Of a stretch of 25,389 nucleotides of DNA, positions 23,549 through 25,389 are shown in pieces. Made by a program: the position numbers and the translations under genes. This stretch comes from an uncultured Candidatus Saccharibacteria bacterium (GTDB lineage: Bacteria > Patescibacteriota > Minisyncoccia > Phycocordibacterales > PALSA-1337), in assembly GCA_964600335.1 (NCBI GenBank), contig CAZRJE010000001.1, positions 1 to 25,389 on the forward strand, written 5' to 3'. Each line of letters starts with the position of its first letter. The stretch's first letter is position 1. The notes below the pieces were generated by a model. The model made no database searches and was not told the DNA's origin. It saw only the letters and a program-made list of their open reading frames with translations.

Positions 23549-24940
23549 CTATTGTTTGGCGTCAAAATCTCCAAAATCTGCTTTGTCTACAGATAGAAAT
23601 GTTGTTTTCTTGCTATCAAAGTACAATTTTACTGTACCTGTCGGTCCATTTCTGTGTTTTTCTATCATGATCTCGGTCTCTTCTCTTCGTCCTCCTTGAT
23701 CCTGATCTGCATCGCGGTGAATGAACATCACAACATCAGCATCCTGTTCGATAGAACCAGAATCTCTCAAATCAGATAGTCTTGGCTTACCACCTCTTTG
23801 TTCGACCGCGCGAGACAATTGAGATAGAGCGAGTACGGGCACCTCGAGCTCTCTAGCGAGATTCTTTAGAGAACGCGATATCTCTGTTACTTGTTGGACA
23901 ATATTGTCATTGTTTTTGTATTGCGAAGAGGGAACCATGAGTTGGAGATAATCTACAACTATGAGTCCCAATCCTTTTTCATTTTTTAGTCTTCTTGCTA
24001 CTGAGCGCATCTTTACGATATTGTTTCCAGGAGTATCATCTATAAATATTGGCGCTTCGGAAAGCTTGCTTATAGCAGTACCTATAGCTTTGAAATCATT
24101 TTCTACTGATAGATTGTGCCCAGTACGAATCTTCCAAGCATCTACTTGAGATTCGGCTGAGAGCATACGATCGACGAGTTGTTGTGAGCTCATTTCGAGA
24201 GAAAATACCATGATTGGAATCTTGTGATTTACTGCAGACTTTCGGACAATATCTAGAGCAAGAGATGTCTTTCCCACAGAAGGTCGAGCAGCGAGAATTA
24301 TGAGATCTGATTTTTGAAGTCCAGCGAGTTTATTGTCCAATTCTTGAAAACCAGTTGGAACACCTCGAACCTCGTTTCTGGTCTCATGGAGATGTTCTAT
24401 TCTCGTCCAAGCTTCGTCGAGGGTATCTTTCATTGCAATATATTTTCTCGAGCCAGTCTTGTTTGTGACTTCAAAGACGGTTTTTTCTGCTTGTTCCAAT
24501 AGATCGTGTAATTCTGCTTCTTCATTGTAGCCTAGTCCTGATATATTGTCCGCGGCTTTTATGAGTTCTCGCATTATATGTTTCTTTTCTATCACTTCGG
24601 CATAATATGTAATACTGCTCGAAGAAGGGACGGAGTTTACTACTTCAGTGAGGTATGTCATGCCCCCGATATTTTCTAATTGTTGTTTTTCTTTAAGCTT
24701 ATTTGATATGGAGAGTATATCTATAGGTGCACTCTTTAGATGCAATTCTAAGATCGCATTCCAAATAGTCCTATTTTGATTACTATAAAATGAATGTTCA
24801 TTTATAATATCCAATATCTCGTATATTGATTCGGGTCTCAATACAATAGATCCAAGCAAGGCTTGCTCGGCCTCAATATTTTGAGGTGGTATACGAAGAT
24901 CTTTTGTCTTGAAGTATGGTGATGTTGTCTTGGGATTCAT
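23549..24940 (-). CDS. dnaB: Replicative DNA helicase
   Basis: PPQNIEAEQALLG, ILAARPSVGKT, FSLEMS, VDYLQL, LSQLSR, SDLRDSGSIEQDAD, KHRNGPTG; no intein. Confidence 0.98.
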   Translation of the reverse strand: MNPKTTSPYFKTKDLRIPPQNIEAEQALLGSIVLRPESIYEILDIINEHSFYSNQNRTIWNAILELHLKSAPIDILSISNKLKEKQQLENIGGMTYLTEVVNSVPSSSSITYYAEVIEKKHIMRELIKAADNISGLGYNEEAELHDLLEQAEKTVFEVTNKTGSRKYIAMKDTLDEAWTRIEHLHETRNEVRGVPTGFQELDNKLAGLQKSDLIILAARPSVGKTSLALDIVRKSAVNHKIPIMVFSLEMSSQQLVDRMLSAESQVDAWKIRTGHNLSVENDFKAIGTAISKLSEAPIFIDDTPGNNIVKMRSVARRLKNEKGLGLIVVDYLQLMVPSSQYKNNDNIVQQVTEISRSLKNLARELEVPVLALSQLSRAVEQRGGKPRLSDLRDSGSIEQDADVVMFIHRDADQDQGGRREETEIMIEKHRNGPTGTVKLYFDSKKTTFLSVDKADFGDFDAKQ

Positions 24941-24946
24941 ATTTGA

Positions 24947-24955
24947 ATTCTATCA
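24947..24955 (-). promoter_or_regulatory. Extended -10 promoter in leaderless geometry for dnaB-recR
   Basis: Minus strand TGA-TAGAAT-tcaaat-ATG (ATG 24940). Confidence 0.6.
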
Positions 24956-25109
24956 TAGTAAAAATATAATATTTGAATGCAACATATGAATAAGGAGTGG
25001 AAAAGCTGTGAATTAATCAATCTTGTCTTTATAAATATTTTACTCATATTTTAATGACTATTTATATACTCTTTATATAAATTTGATTCAGAAAGATTAA
25101 TATTTCAAC

Positions 25110-25301
25110 ATGAAATTAACAAAAGAAGATATAGATTTGATAGAAGGATTGGTATTTCAGGGTGCCGACGATTTGGCTGTTTCTATTGCGAGAAGTATCG
25201 AGAGATTAGAATCTAGGATTGATCATATGGAGACAAGATTGTATCGAAGAATAGGAGAGTTGGAACAGCAAATCACAAAAAATCACCGTGCTCAAGATTG
25301 A
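25110..25301 (+). CDS. Small hypothetical protein with C-terminal coiled-coil character
   Basis: 63 aa; heptad-like IERLESRIDHMETRLYRRIGELEQQI; isolated in an intergenic gap; TAATAT ends 6 nt before the ATG. Confidence 0.7.
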   Translation: MKLTKEDIDLIEGLVFQGADDLAVSIARSIERLESRIDHMETRLYRRIGELEQQITKNHRAQD

Positions 25302-25312
25302 TATCAAATATC

Positions 25313-25389
25313 CTATTTCTCAATAGCGATAGTTTTTCCATCCACATCACGGATTTCATAGCCTCGATCTTCGATCTCTTGCCTCATAG
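25313..25389 (-). CDS. 3' end of a gene entering from the right edge; resembles cysteinyl-tRNA synthetase C-terminus
   Basis: Translation ...MRQEIEDRGYEIRDVDGKTIAIEK* resembles the CysRS tail pattern (R.el...G..l.D..dG); only 24 residues are visible. Confidence 0.45.
   Translation of the reverse strand, partial: MRQEIEDRGYEIRDVDGKTIAIEK

Noticed and set aside
7968-23574. NNSMEK appears near the predicted N-termini of both livF and recR
   Set aside because: Different codons and unrelated proteins; coincidence.
23549-24940. Possible intein in DnaB
   Set aside because: 463 aa with contiguous helicase motifs; no insertion or splicing motifs.
1-25389. Alternative genetic code (TGA recoded as in Gracilibacteria/Absconditabacteria)
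   Set aside because: TGA terminates complete genes at 1754, 3770, 9917 and 13421, and no conserved gene is interrupted by TGA.

Overview
AT-rich bacterial chromosomal window using the standard genetic code (TGA ends several ORFs). Gene content and style (TrmB regulators, ComG-sized pilus genes, NusB-Nudix fusion, short SMC, almost no Shine-Dalgarno sites) suggest a CPR/Patescibacteria (probably Parcubacteria) genome; this is inference. Five blocks are visible. (1) 1-8702: two divergent TrmB/substrate-binding-protein cassettes, three more membrane-anchored LivJ/K-like binding proteins and livG-livF, with no permease in the window. (2) 8814-13421: a compact type IV pilus/ComG-like operon with short PilB, PilC, a pilin fused to an LVIVD/beta-propeller, two tiny pilins (one missing from the ORF track) and a probable major pilin. 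(3) 13491-18620: a D-Ala-D-Ala carboxypeptidase, then a minus-strand mannose operon (cupin isomerase, membrane-anchored GH130, double-domain GH130, HAD-IIB phosphomannomutase-like). (4) 18741-22932: rpmF, nusB-Nudix, rnc and a 742-aa SMC with no recognisable hinge. (5) 22933-25389: recR, dnaB, a small coiled-coil ORF and a probable cysS 3' end. Best candidates for undescribed biology: the hingeless mini-SMC, the miniaturised pilus tip complex, the TrmB-regulated binding-protein array, the GH130 mannose module and NusB fused to a degenerate Nudix domain. Several operons show leaderless-mRNA promoter geometry. No rRNA, tRNA, CRISPR array or transposase was recognised.
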